IMG/VR virus record: IMGVR_UViG_3300046832_000060 | Coordinates: 1 to 35,848 of that record | Reading direction: 5' to 3' (one strand) | DNA: 35,848 bases | Source: a virus | Taxonomy: Duplodnaviria; Caudoviricetes | In this document: piece by piece, positions 26,208 through 33,857 of the stretch | Position numbering within the stretch: position 1 is the stretch's first letter | Layout of the letters: every line of letters begins with the position of its first letter | Notes under the pieces: model-generated | Told to the model about the DNA's origin: nothing | What the model saw: only the letters and a program-made list of their open reading frames with translations | The model's database searches: none | Translations under genes and position numbers: made by a program

Positions 26208-27307
26208 TGGCAATGACACTTGATGGCTCAAACGGAGTCACGTTCAATGACGCATCTCTACAAGGAGCTGCTGCATCTCCCTTTGGATTAAAGAACCGCA
26301 TCATCAATGGTGACATGAGGATTGACCAGAGAAATGCTGGTGCTAGTGTTGCAACATCTAGTGGTTCATATGTATATACAGTAGATAGATGGCAAGTAGT
26401 ATATTCACAAACATCTAAATTTACTGCACAACAAAACGCTGGTTCTGTTACACCTCCAGTAGGGTTTTCTAATTACTTAGGTGTTACCTCTTCTTCTGCT
26501 TATACTTTAACATCAACAGATTCTTTTCAAATACAACAATATATAGAAGGTTATAATATAGCTGATTTAGCATGGGGAACAGCAAATGCAAGAACTATTA
26601 CTTTATCTTTTTGGGCTAGAAGTTCATTAACTGGAACTTTTAGTGGATTTTTAGTTAATAGTGCTGGAACTCAAGTATACCCATTTGGATATACAATTTC
26701 AACTGCTAATACTTGGCAACAAATTTCAATTACAATTGCTGGTTCAACAACAGGAACATGGCTTACAACTAATGGAACAGGATTAAGAGTTGCATTTAAC
26801 TTAGGTCAAGGTTCTGCATATGTAGGTGCTGGTAATGCTTGGAATGGGGGCGGAACAGTTTATCAAGTTACAGGGTCAAATAATATAGTATCCACTAACG
26901 GAGCTACCTTCTACATCACAGGTGTCCAACTAGAAGTAGGCTCAACAGCAACACCATTTGAACGCAGAATGTATGGTCAAGAGTTTGCAATGTGTCAAAG
27001 ATATTATCAAGTTCAAGCTCAATTAATTAGTTACACTATTTCATCAACTGCTGTATCTGCATGGGGATCTTTACAAGCTACAATGAGAGCTGTACCTACA
27101 GTAGGTCAGACTGGAGTGTTCAATATGCAAGGAGGTCCAGATAATGTAACACAATCGTCATTAAGCACTGGAACTAATTATTGCTCCGAATATTCTATTT
27201 ATTTATATTCTATAGGTGGATTTAGTGGTTTAACTACTGGAAGATATAACACTATAAGCGTTACTGCAAATAATCAAAACTCTTTTACTTTTAGTGCGGA
27301 ACTATAA
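26207..27307 (+). CDS. Tail-fibre distal module 3, carbohydrate-binding-like
   Basis: KNRIINGDMRIDQR...DRW...TLSFW...ITGVQLEVGSTATPFE...CQRYY. Confidence 0.8.
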   Translation: MAMTLDGSNGVTFNDASLQGAAASPFGLKNRIINGDMRIDQRNAGASVATSSGSYVYTVDRWQVVYSQTSKFTAQQNAGSVTPPVGFSNYLGVTSSSAYTLTSTDSFQIQQYIEGYNIADLAWGTANARTITLSFWARSSLTGTFSGFLVNSAGTQVYPFGYTISTANTWQQISITIAGSTTGTWLTTNGTGLRVAFNLGQGSAYVGAGNAWNGGGTVYQVTGSNNIVSTNGATFYITGVQLEVGSTATPFERRMYGQEFAMCQRYYQVQAQLISYTISSTAVSAWGSLQATMRAVPTVGQTGVFNMQGGPDNVTQSSLSTGTNYCSEYSIYLYSIGGFSGLTTGRYNTISVTANNQNSFTFSAEL

Positions 27308-27308
27308 T

Positions 27309-27467
27309 ATGTATAAACTTCTTAAAGGATTTAATAACGAATTAGCACCTTGTGTTACTAAACTATCAGATGGAGCATCTATCCCATTTGACCCAGCTAA
27401 CACAGACTACCAAGCCTACCTAAAATGGGTAAGCGAAGGCAACACACCTTTACCAGCAGAGGAATAA
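27309..27467 (+). CDS. Small tail-fibre partner/chaperone, 52 aa
   Basis: Translated by hand: IPFDPANTDYQAYLKWVSEGNTPLPA. Not in the track. Confidence 0.8.
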   Translation: MYKLLKGFNNELAPCVTKLSDGASIPFDPANTDYQAYLKWVSEGNTPLPAEE

Positions 27468-27468
27468 C

Positions 27469-28035
27469 ATGGTTAAGCATGACGTAGAATCAAGGCTAAG
27501 CACACACGAGGAAGTATGTGCTATTCGTTATGAGCAAATCAATGCTAGACTTAAACGCTTAGAGCAGATCCTTCTTGCTACAGCTGGCTTCGTTATTGTA
27601 TTCTTGCTTAGTCAAAGTTATGCTCATGCTGATACAACAACGATCAACAACAAAGGGATGCCAGTGCCTAGTGCTATGGCCCCATCCATGTCTGGCTTCT
27701 CTAATGACATGTGTAAGTCTGGTGTATCTGGTGGTGCTAACACAGGCATGTTCTCTATCAGTGGTGGTGCTACTATCACAGATGAAAACTGTGAGCGTAT
27801 CAAATTAGCTAAGACACTTAACGACTTAGGTTTAAAGGTAGCAGCAGTATCAGTATTGTGTCAAGACAATCGTGTGTGGGAAGCTATGGAAATGTCTGGC
27901 TCACCTTGCCCTATTGGTGGTTCACTAGGTTACACAGCTAAACGTGCATGGCATGAGAGAGATCCAAAACGATTTGAGAAACTATATGGTCCTACCTATA
28001 CGCTCCCTCTTATTCCTAATACTCCTGTGGAGTAA
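27469..28035 (+). CDS. Membrane-anchored/exported Cys-containing protein with XhlA/holin-like N-terminus
   Basis: HEEVCAIRYEQINARLKRLE, a TM segment ending AHA, then DMC...DENCERIK...LCQD...SPCP. Confidence 0.7.
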   Translation: MVKHDVESRLSTHEEVCAIRYEQINARLKRLEQILLATAGFVIVFLLSQSYAHADTTTINNKGMPVPSAMAPSMSGFSNDMCKSGVSGGANTGMFSISGGATITDENCERIKLAKTLNDLGLKVAAVSVLCQDNRVWEAMEMSGSPCPIGGSLGYTAKRAWHERDPKRFEKLYGPTYTLPLIPNTPVE

Positions 28036-29014
28036 CCCACTCTATGCATGGTATTGCACATATGTTCCAACAACTCAAGGCTGGGTTAGTAACTTACAGT
28101 GCCATGGCATTGACGATGCTACAGCGCTTGCTACAGCATGGTGTCCGTATAGGCCAGATGATCCTATCTGCGCTCCATACATTCAGCCAGTCTGCACAGA
28201 TACAGTGGAGTATCAATCGCTTAGTTGCCCTCTACCACACTATAGTGGCGTGGTTAATCAGAGTCGTTCCTATGCTTGCAGCTCAAGCACTTGGACTTCT
28301 TGGACAACTACGTCAGATAATTGCACACAAGATCCGCCAACTTGTTTTGAAACTACAGAACAAAGGACACTAGCATGCGAAGCTGGATACACTGGATCAA
28401 TACTAGAGCAAAGAACTTCGACATGCTCAGATCCATACTCGACTCCAGCGTTTGGTTCTTGGATTCAAGTTACCAACAGTTGTGTCAAGTCGATGGACAA
28501 TCCAACGAATCCAATCAGTCCGACAAGTCCACTCAGTGTGACAAGCCCATTGAATCCCATCAATGCACCAGTCATACCAATAGAACCTGTAATTGTGCCA
28601 ATGGATTTTGCGCAGACTCAGATGCCAGAGGTGACTACTTCGGTGCGTCAAGAAACCAAGACGGAAGTCAAGACAGAAAGCAGACAAGAATCACAGCCCG
28701 CATCGAGAACAACCGCAAGTACAGAAGCGAAGCTAGACCCAAAACAAGAGCTTCCGAAATCAAAGGAACTCGTGCCTGGGTTTGGGATTGTTATGAGTAT
28801 GCAAATGCTAACACAAGCATACACGATACAGAATCAACAGATCATAGAAGCAATCAACATGGAGCAAGAGAATGACTACGCAAGAGAACAAGAAGTATAC
28901 CTTAAACTTATCCTCGCAGATGATCTTGGGGATAATCTTATCAGTGCTAGTTCCTACCAGTGGAGCAGTCTACTACGGGATAACCCTATTCAACGATTTG
29001 ACTTCGACAATTGA
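27986..29014 (+). CDS. Exported Cys-rich repeat protein
   Basis: Signal-peptide-like MVLPIRSLLFLILLWSNPLYA, two ~50-aa 4-Cys repeats and a Pro/Ser/Thr linker; the start could be 27944. Confidence 0.7.
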   Translation: MVLPIRSLLFLILLWSNPLYAWYCTYVPTTQGWVSNLQCHGIDDATALATAWCPYRPDDPICAPYIQPVCTDTVEYQSLSCPLPHYSGVVNQSRSYACSSSTWTSWTTTSDNCTQDPPTCFETTEQRTLACEAGYTGSILEQRTSTCSDPYSTPAFGSWIQVTNSCVKSMDNPTNPISPTSPLSVTSPLNPINAPVIPIEPVIVPMDFAQTQMPEVTTSVRQETKTEVKTESRQESQPASRTTASTEAKLDPKQELPKSKELVPGFGIVMSMQMLTQAYTIQNQQIIEAINMEQENDYAREQEVYLKLILADDLGDNLISASSYQWSSLLRDNPIQRFDFDN

Positions 29015-29273
29015 AGAAGTAAAGAAAATGAGTAATGTTGAAACACGCATTACATTAGTAGAAGATAGAGTTAAAGCTGCTGACAATCGTATGATTGAAT
29101 TAGCTATGTCTAACAACAGAGCGTATGAGAAAGCATCAGAAGCTTTTGCTACATCTAAAGAAACAGCAGCCATCATTAAAGGATCACAAAGAGAGATTGA
29201 TGTATCTCTTAGCGCAGTGCGTGAGGAGATGAAAGCATTACGCAAATCAACGATCAATCCATTGGCCAAGTAA
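28872..29273 (+). CDS. Membrane-anchored coiled-coil protein
   Basis: N-terminal TM, coiled coil, ends INPLAK; GGAG upstream. Confidence 0.7.
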   Translation: MTTQENKKYTLNLSSQMILGIILSVLVPTSGAVYYGITLFNDLTSTIEEVKKMSNVETRITLVEDRVKAADNRMIELAMSNNRAYEKASEAFATSKETAAIIKGSQREIDVSLSAVREEMKALRKSTINPLAK

Positions 29274-29614
29274 TGAAGCTACTTACCAAACAAAACTTGC
29301 GTAAGATGTATGCTTGTTTTGTTGGGCTTCCTCCGTTCAATGGCTACAAGATGCCAGCACCGCACAAGGTAAACTTCAGTATCATCAATACTAAAGGTGA
29401 GGTGCTTGGATACTTTCTTACAGAGCCTACTAGAATACAAATAGATATCTCTAATGATACATACTTAAAGATATCTGAAACACTCATGCATGAGATGATC
29501 CATTGTATGCTTTGGTATCATGGACACAATGACTTTGATGCACATGAAAAGAAGTTTAACAAATATGTTAATATCATCTGTGATTTATACAAATTTAATA
29601 GAGAGGAATTTTAG
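29273..29614 (+). CDS. SprT-like zinc metallopeptidase
   Basis: TLMHEMIH (HEXXH) and a downstream H...F. Confidence 0.75.
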   Translation: MKLLTKQNLRKMYACFVGLPPFNGYKMPAPHKVNFSIINTKGEVLGYFLTEPTRIQIDISNDTYLKISETLMHEMIHCMLWYHGHNDFDAHEKKFNKYVNIICDLYKFNREEF

Positions 29615-29616
29615 GA

Positions 29617-30117
29617 ATGTTTAGCATCATCAGCGGAATTTTAGGGTTTGCCACTAGTGGACTCCCGAGTTTATTAGGATTTTTTCAGCAAAAAGGTGAC
29701 CAAGCACATGAACGTGAGATGGCTAAGTTACAGAACGAACAAGCTATGCGTATGGCAGAGAAAGGTTTTGTATCTCAAGAGAAGATTGCTGCTATTGAAT
29801 TAGAAGGAACGTACGCAGAAACGTACGCTCAAGAACGTGAAGCATTATATGCACATGACACTAAGCTTGTAGAAGGTGCATCACAATGGGTCAAGACTCT
29901 TAATGCTTGTGTCAGACCATTCGTTGCATTTACTTTTGTAGGCTTACTTGTATTCGTTGATGTAGCTGGCTTCATATGGGCAGTTAAATCTACTGGTGGA
30001 TTCACACCAGAATCTATGGATGCTATATTCTCTAGCGATGAGATGAGCATTGTAGCTTCTATCATTGGATTCTACTTTGGCTCTCGCACATGGGAAAAGA
30101 AACGTGAAAGTATCTAA
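29617..30117 (+). CDS. Holin, 3TM-type
   Basis: VRP motif, TM helices, IIGFYFGSR; directly upstream of the lysozyme. Confidence 0.75.
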   Translation: MFSIISGILGFATSGLPSLLGFFQQKGDQAHEREMAKLQNEQAMRMAEKGFVSQEKIAAIELEGTYAETYAQEREALYAHDTKLVEGASQWVKTLNACVRPFVAFTFVGLLVFVDVAGFIWAVKSTGGFTPESMDAIFSSDEMSIVASIIGFYFGSRTWEKKRESI

Positions 30118-30556
30118 GCGTGGTATCGAACTTATTAAACATTTTGAAGGTGTGCGTAGTCGGCCCTATCGTTGTGCTGCAAACCTGTATACTGTGGGTG
30201 TTGGTCACCTTATCGGCGATGGCAAACATTTGCCTGATTCTTGGAACAGAACTTTTACGCAAGAAGAAATAGATGGACTTCTTAAATCAGACCTCAATCG
30301 TTTCGAGTTGGGAGTATCTAAGATGCTACCTAACGTGCGCCTTAGACAATGTGAATTCGATTGCTTGGTTTCTTTTGCCTTCAATCTTGGCTTGGGTACA
30401 TTTCAAAGATCAACACTCCGTCAAGCGTTGCTTCGTGGCGATAAAGAAGCGGCTATTGAATCGCTCCTAAAGTATTGTCGTGCTGGTGGTCGTGTGCTTA
30501 AAGGACTTCAACTAAGACGTGAAGCAGAAGCTAAGATGTTTAAGTCAGGCTATTGA
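30104..30556 (+). CDS. Endolysin, GH24 phage lysozyme
   Basis: IKHFEG...YRC...TVGVGH (E-x8-C-x5-T), FNLG, GL..RR.AE; GTG start at 30104 is likely. Confidence 0.92.
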   Translation: MKVSKRGIELIKHFEGVRSRPYRCAANLYTVGVGHLIGDGKHLPDSWNRTFTQEEIDGLLKSDLNRFELGVSKMLPNVRLRQCEFDCLVSFAFNLGLGTFQRSTLRQALLRGDKEAAIESLLKYCRAGGRVLKGLQLRREAEAKMFKSGY

Positions 30557-30581
30557 TTTAACAAACTAACTGTGCTATCTT
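30553..30581 (+). promoter_or_regulatory. sigma70-like promoter for the phosphoesterase
   Basis: TTGATT-N17-TATCTT with a TGn extension. Confidence 0.6.
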
Positions 30582-30608
30582 TCAGATACCTAATTTATAG
30601 GAGCTGTA

Positions 30609-31319
30609 ATGGCACAAGCATACAAGTCCGTATTAGTAATCAGTGATCTCCATATACCTTATCACCACCCAGATGCATTCAACTTTCTTAAAGCGCTCAA
30701 GACAAAATACAAACCCGATCTCGTTATTAATATTGGTGACGAGCTTGATATGCATGCGATGTCTATGCATGATAGCGATCCAGATCTATTCTCTGCTGGC
30801 CATGAGTTGGCAGCGTCTATTGCATACATTCAAACACTAGAAAAGATATTCCCTAAGATGAAGATTGTGCATAGCAATCACTCATCCATGTTATACAGAC
30901 GTGCATTAAAGCATGGTGTACCTAAAGGTTACCTTAAACATTACAATGATTTCTTAGGCGTTGGTAAAGGCTGGGAATGGGAAGAAGATATTACCATTAA
31001 CTTATCAGATGGATCACGCTGCTTCTTTACCCATGGATTATCTGCTGATGTACTCAAGGTAGCTATGCAATACGGAATGAATACAGTGCAAGGCCATTAC
31101 CATACCAAGTTTAGTATCGGTTACTATAGCAATCCTGATGCATTAGTATGGGGTATGCAAGTCGGATCTCTTATCAATCAGAAGTCCATGGCATTTAACT
31201 ATGCTAAGAACTTCAAGACTCGATTCATTGTTGGATGTGGAATGATACTGAATGGACAACCCAAACTAATGCCAATGGTTCTTAACACAAATGGTAAATG
31301 GAATGGTAAAATTGTTTAG
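30609..31319 (+). CDS. Calcineurin-like metallophosphoesterase
   Basis: SDLH, GDELD, SNH, THG and GHYH motifs. Confidence 0.9.
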   Translation: MAQAYKSVLVISDLHIPYHHPDAFNFLKALKTKYKPDLVINIGDELDMHAMSMHDSDPDLFSAGHELAASIAYIQTLEKIFPKMKIVHSNHSSMLYRRALKHGVPKGYLKHYNDFLGVGKGWEWEEDITINLSDGSRCFFTHGLSADVLKVAMQYGMNTVQGHYHTKFSIGYYSNPDALVWGMQVGSLINQKSMAFNYAKNFKTRFIVGCGMILNGQPKLMPMVLNTNGKWNGKIV

Positions 31320-31519
31320 TGGAAAACCCTACCTCAGAACAACTAGATATCCTAGACAAACTTATTGGTCGTAAGATTTGGGATATTGAAATCATTGAAG
31401 AAGAACCTCTCGCAATCATTAGAATTTTTTTCAATGAAAACGAGGATGATTACATAGAGATCAATGCTGAATACATGCAAATGTTGTACATTTCCCCTAA
31501 ACCTCAAGCTTTACACTAA
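31319..31519 (+). CDS. Acidic hypothetical protein
   Basis: GTG start coupled to the previous stop. Confidence 0.6.
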   Translation: MENPTSEQLDILDKLIGRKIWDIEIIEEEPLAIIRIFFNENEDDYIEINAEYMQMLYISPKPQALH

Positions 31520-31521
31520 AA

Positions 31522-31550
31522 CTAGGTAGGCTAAGGTATCACCTACCTAG
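31522..31550. terminator. Hairpin between the convergent arms, possible terminator
   Basis: CTAGGTAGG-N11-CCTACCTAG; TTTT follows on the - strand. Confidence 0.55.
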
Positions 31551-31597
31551 AGATCGTGCGTTATAGAGCGATTGTGTAGGTTCTATATACATATCAA

Positions 31598-32077
31598 TCA
31601 CTTAGGTAAGTTCCATGTAGATTCTAAATCTATAATGTCTTTAAATGGAACTAAAGTAATGGCATCAAGTCTATTCTCTCTTTGGTAAATGCAATATACA
31701 TCTTTCCCCTTGCGGTATTTATTCTCATACAATTTTTTTGAGACTAAATCATACAGCTCAACTCGATTTGCACATACCCAAGTTTTTTGCCGTTCAAATA
31801 CAATGTAATCTGCCTTACCTTTTATCCATCCATCTTTGCCATGGACATTCTTTCCTTCTACCCAAGTGATATCATCCTGAAAACTAGAATCATTCCTGTT
31901 AAGTTTCTTGTATCCTTTGACATCAAACTTTAATACTTCATCGCCTATCCAATCAAGTATGCCTTGCACATCCCAATGTTCTATCATGTCTTGTTCTTGA
32001 GTAGCCCAAGTGACGTTGGCTAAATACTCTTTGGCAAATGCTTCTTCTACTTTCTTCCCTTCTTCAAGGTAAGACAT
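31598..32077 (-). CDS. PD-(D/E)XK-like nuclease
   Basis: E...EHWD...FDVKG...WVE..NV.G..GW..G.ADYIVFE. Confidence 0.65.
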   Translation of the reverse strand: MSYLEEGKKVEEAFAKEYLANVTWATQEQDMIEHWDVQGILDWIGDEVLKFDVKGYKKLNRNDSSFQDDITWVEGKNVHGKDGWIKGKADYIVFERQKTWVCANRVELYDLVSKKLYENKYRKGKDVYCIYQRENRLDAITLVPFKDIIDLESTWNLPK

Positions 32078-32292
32078 TAGAATTTCCTTTGCTCAAAGCA
32101 TTCAAGGTGACTAGACACAAACATATTCTTCTTTACTTCCTCAAATAGTTTGCCATCAATACACTTTAGATCCTTGTCTGCAAAACTTCTTGGCTTAATC
32201 TGATTAATGTTTACCTCAACACTAACAAATAGCATCATAAAGATACACACCATACACAATAAAGTTAATAACTTTTCTTTGCCTGTCATCAT
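32077..32292 (-). CDS. Small membrane-anchored hypothetical protein
   Basis: N-terminal hydrophobic helix; coupled ORF. Confidence 0.65.
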   Translation of the reverse strand: MMTGKEKLLTLLCMVCIFMMLFVSVEVNINQIKPRSFADKDLKCIDGKLFEEVKKNMFVSSHLECFEQRKF

Positions 32293-33002
32293 AATGTCCC
32301 TTCAAACTTATAACTACCTATATGACCTAACTTTGCCCATGGTGCAGCCCATACTTTAATCCCATTCAGTCTTGCTAATCTACAGAAGTGATAGTCCTCT
32401 GATAATAATCTATTTGAGTCTGGCTCAATCGATGTAGCAAAGTATTCTGTAACAATTTCTTGCTGGCCTGGCAGCATGTCATTGGTATAGGTAGGGCAAT
32501 GTGGTTTAAGTAAATCAAATACACTACGCTTGATAAGCATAAAGCCTGTGCCACCATTAAATATTTCTATAGGTTCTGTCATTGAATGCAATGGCGTATC
32601 AATATAGTTAAGCTTATTAATAACAAGATCACCCGTAGCATACTTTAGATCTTCCCCTTGAATACCACGCGCTACTGCATCGCCAATCTTTTCCCATGCA
32701 ATACGTTTCTTAGGATACACACCACAGATAATATCTTTATCTGCATCAATCATAGATACAATATCTTCTGCATGATAACTAATGTCAGCATCAATGAATA
32801 GTAAGTGAGTGCAATCTGTTTGATAGAACATCTTAACCAATCCATTCCTAGCTCTTGTAATTAAGGATTCGTTATAAAGAAATTGCCAGTTATAACCTAT
32901 CCCTCTATCTAAGAATAGCTTTGTTGCATTGATGTGGCCAATCGCATTCTCTCCTGTACATACACCACCATACATTGGAATGCCTATAAATATATTACTC
33001 AT
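32289..33002 (-). CDS. GT-A fold glycosyltransferase-like protein
   Basis: IGIPMYGG, ESLITRARN, LLFIDADI (DxD), GTGFMLIKR and SEDYHFC motifs. Confidence 0.85.
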   Translation of the reverse strand: MSNIFIGIPMYGGVCTGENAIGHINATKLFLDRGIGYNWQFLYNESLITRARNGLVKMFYQTDCTHLLFIDADISYHAEDIVSMIDADKDIICGVYPKKRIAWEKIGDAVARGIQGEDLKYATGDLVINKLNYIDTPLHSMTEPIEIFNGGTGFMLIKRSVFDLLKPHCPTYTNDMLPGQQEIVTEYFATSIEPDSNRLLSEDYHFCRLARLNGIKVWAAPWAKLGHIGSYKFEGTL

Positions 33003-33135
33003 CGTATCGTTCGCCTATCCCATGATCGTGTTTAAAATCTTTGATGTCATTATCATCCTCAGTTGGATCTTCGTATAACTTTTGCAATCCTTTGAGTGGC
33101 TTCTTAACTTTCTTAGGCTCTAACTCGTCATCCAT
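32995..33135 (-). CDS. Small charged hypothetical protein, 46 aa
   Basis: Translated by hand: MDDELEPKKVKK...; AGGAG RBS. Not in the track. Confidence 0.65.
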   Translation of the reverse strand: MDDELEPKKVKKPLKGLQKLYEDPTEDDNDIKDFKHDHGIGERYDE

Positions 33136-33144
33136 AATATTCTC

Positions 33145-33498
33145 CTAATAAAATATATGATTGTTAATAATGGTTCTTGGCTTCATACCCCATTGATTAT
33201 CCATCTTAACATTATGAAAGTAACTAGCTCCCTTGCTACTGTCTTTGATTTTTTGTTGGATAATTTTTTGGGATAATTCTATAAATGGTTTGAGTGTTTC
33301 ATAAGGCGGGACATGCTTTGTCTTTTTAGTCCATTCAAACTGGTGTGGCTTGAAAGTCTCCGAACATATATTCTTTTGGTCAAAGTCAGCTCTCCGATAA
33401 AGCACATACCCCACTGCCACTTGGCCAGAGATAGGTTCACCTCTGGCTTCATGGAACATGGTCAAACTCATACACATGACTGCTGCAATATCTAACAT
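33145..33498 (-). CDS. Cell wall hydrolase, SleB/Hydrolase_2 family
   Basis: FHEARGEP..GQVAV, QFEW, GASYFH and HIFY motifs. Confidence 0.88.
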   Translation of the reverse strand: MLDIAAVMCMSLTMFHEARGEPISGQVAVGYVLYRRADFDQKNICSETFKPHQFEWTKKTKHVPPYETLKPFIELSQKIIQQKIKDSSKGASYFHNVKMDNQWGMKPRTIINNHIFY

Positions 33499-33610
33499 AA
33501 AGTCTCCTTCATTAGGTAGCTTTCATGGTTTTACTGATTAGTTTGTCTTGCAAAAAGTGCATAATTTGCGTAACAAGTAATCTTGCTTGTCATAGATAAG
33601 GACTAACACC

Positions 33611-33682
33611 ATGTGGACAACTCCAGCAGCTACTGAAATGCGCTTTGGCTTCGAAGTTACAATGTACGTAATGAATAAATAA
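33611..33682 (+). CDS. pqqA: Pyrroloquinoline quinone precursor peptide PqqA, 23 aa
   Basis: Translated by hand: MWTTPAATEMRFGFEVTMYVMNK. W-x-x-P leader and R-x-G-x-E-V-T-x-Y core with E15-x3-Y19; AAGGA RBS 8 nt upstream. Not in the track. Confidence 0.96.
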   Translation: MWTTPAATEMRFGFEVTMYVMNK

Positions 33683-33857
33683 GCCAAGCATACAATGATA
33701 AGGCAATGCCTACGGAGATCTTTGTTGCTCTCCATATGCGTTGCCTTTTCTCTTTGGGTGACTCCATTGTCACCTCGTATTCATAGCCATTAAGCTCTTT
33801 AAATGATCGTGGATAACGCCATTCAAAAGCATTGAAGTCTGTCTTAATTGGTTTCAT
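33657..33857 (-). CDS. Small protein with C-terminal TM helix
   Basis: AAGGA RBS; WRYPRSFKE; hydrophobic tail overlapping pqqA antisense. Confidence 0.7.
   Translation of the reverse strand: MKPIKTDFNAFEWRYPRSFKELNGYEYEVTMESPKEKRQRIWRATKISVGIALSLYAWLIYSLRTL

Noticed and set aside
21892-27467. Diversity-generating retroelement, suggested by BPP-1-like structural genes
   Set aside because: No reverse transcriptase ORF and no TR/VR pair differing at adenines seen.
23714-27467. Invertible tail-fibre cassettes driven by the serine recombinase
   Set aside because: All modules are on the same strand with their own starts; no inverted silent cassette or flanking inverted repeats seen.
28044-28875. 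Alternative-frame ORFs 28044-28373 and 28375-28875
   Set aside because: Nested in the Cys-rich gene, whose frame shows a signal peptide and repeats; no recognisable lipobox or other motif in these frames.
33538-33735. 65-aa - strand ORF in the track
   Set aside because: Overlaps both pqqA and ORF 33657-33857, which are better supported.
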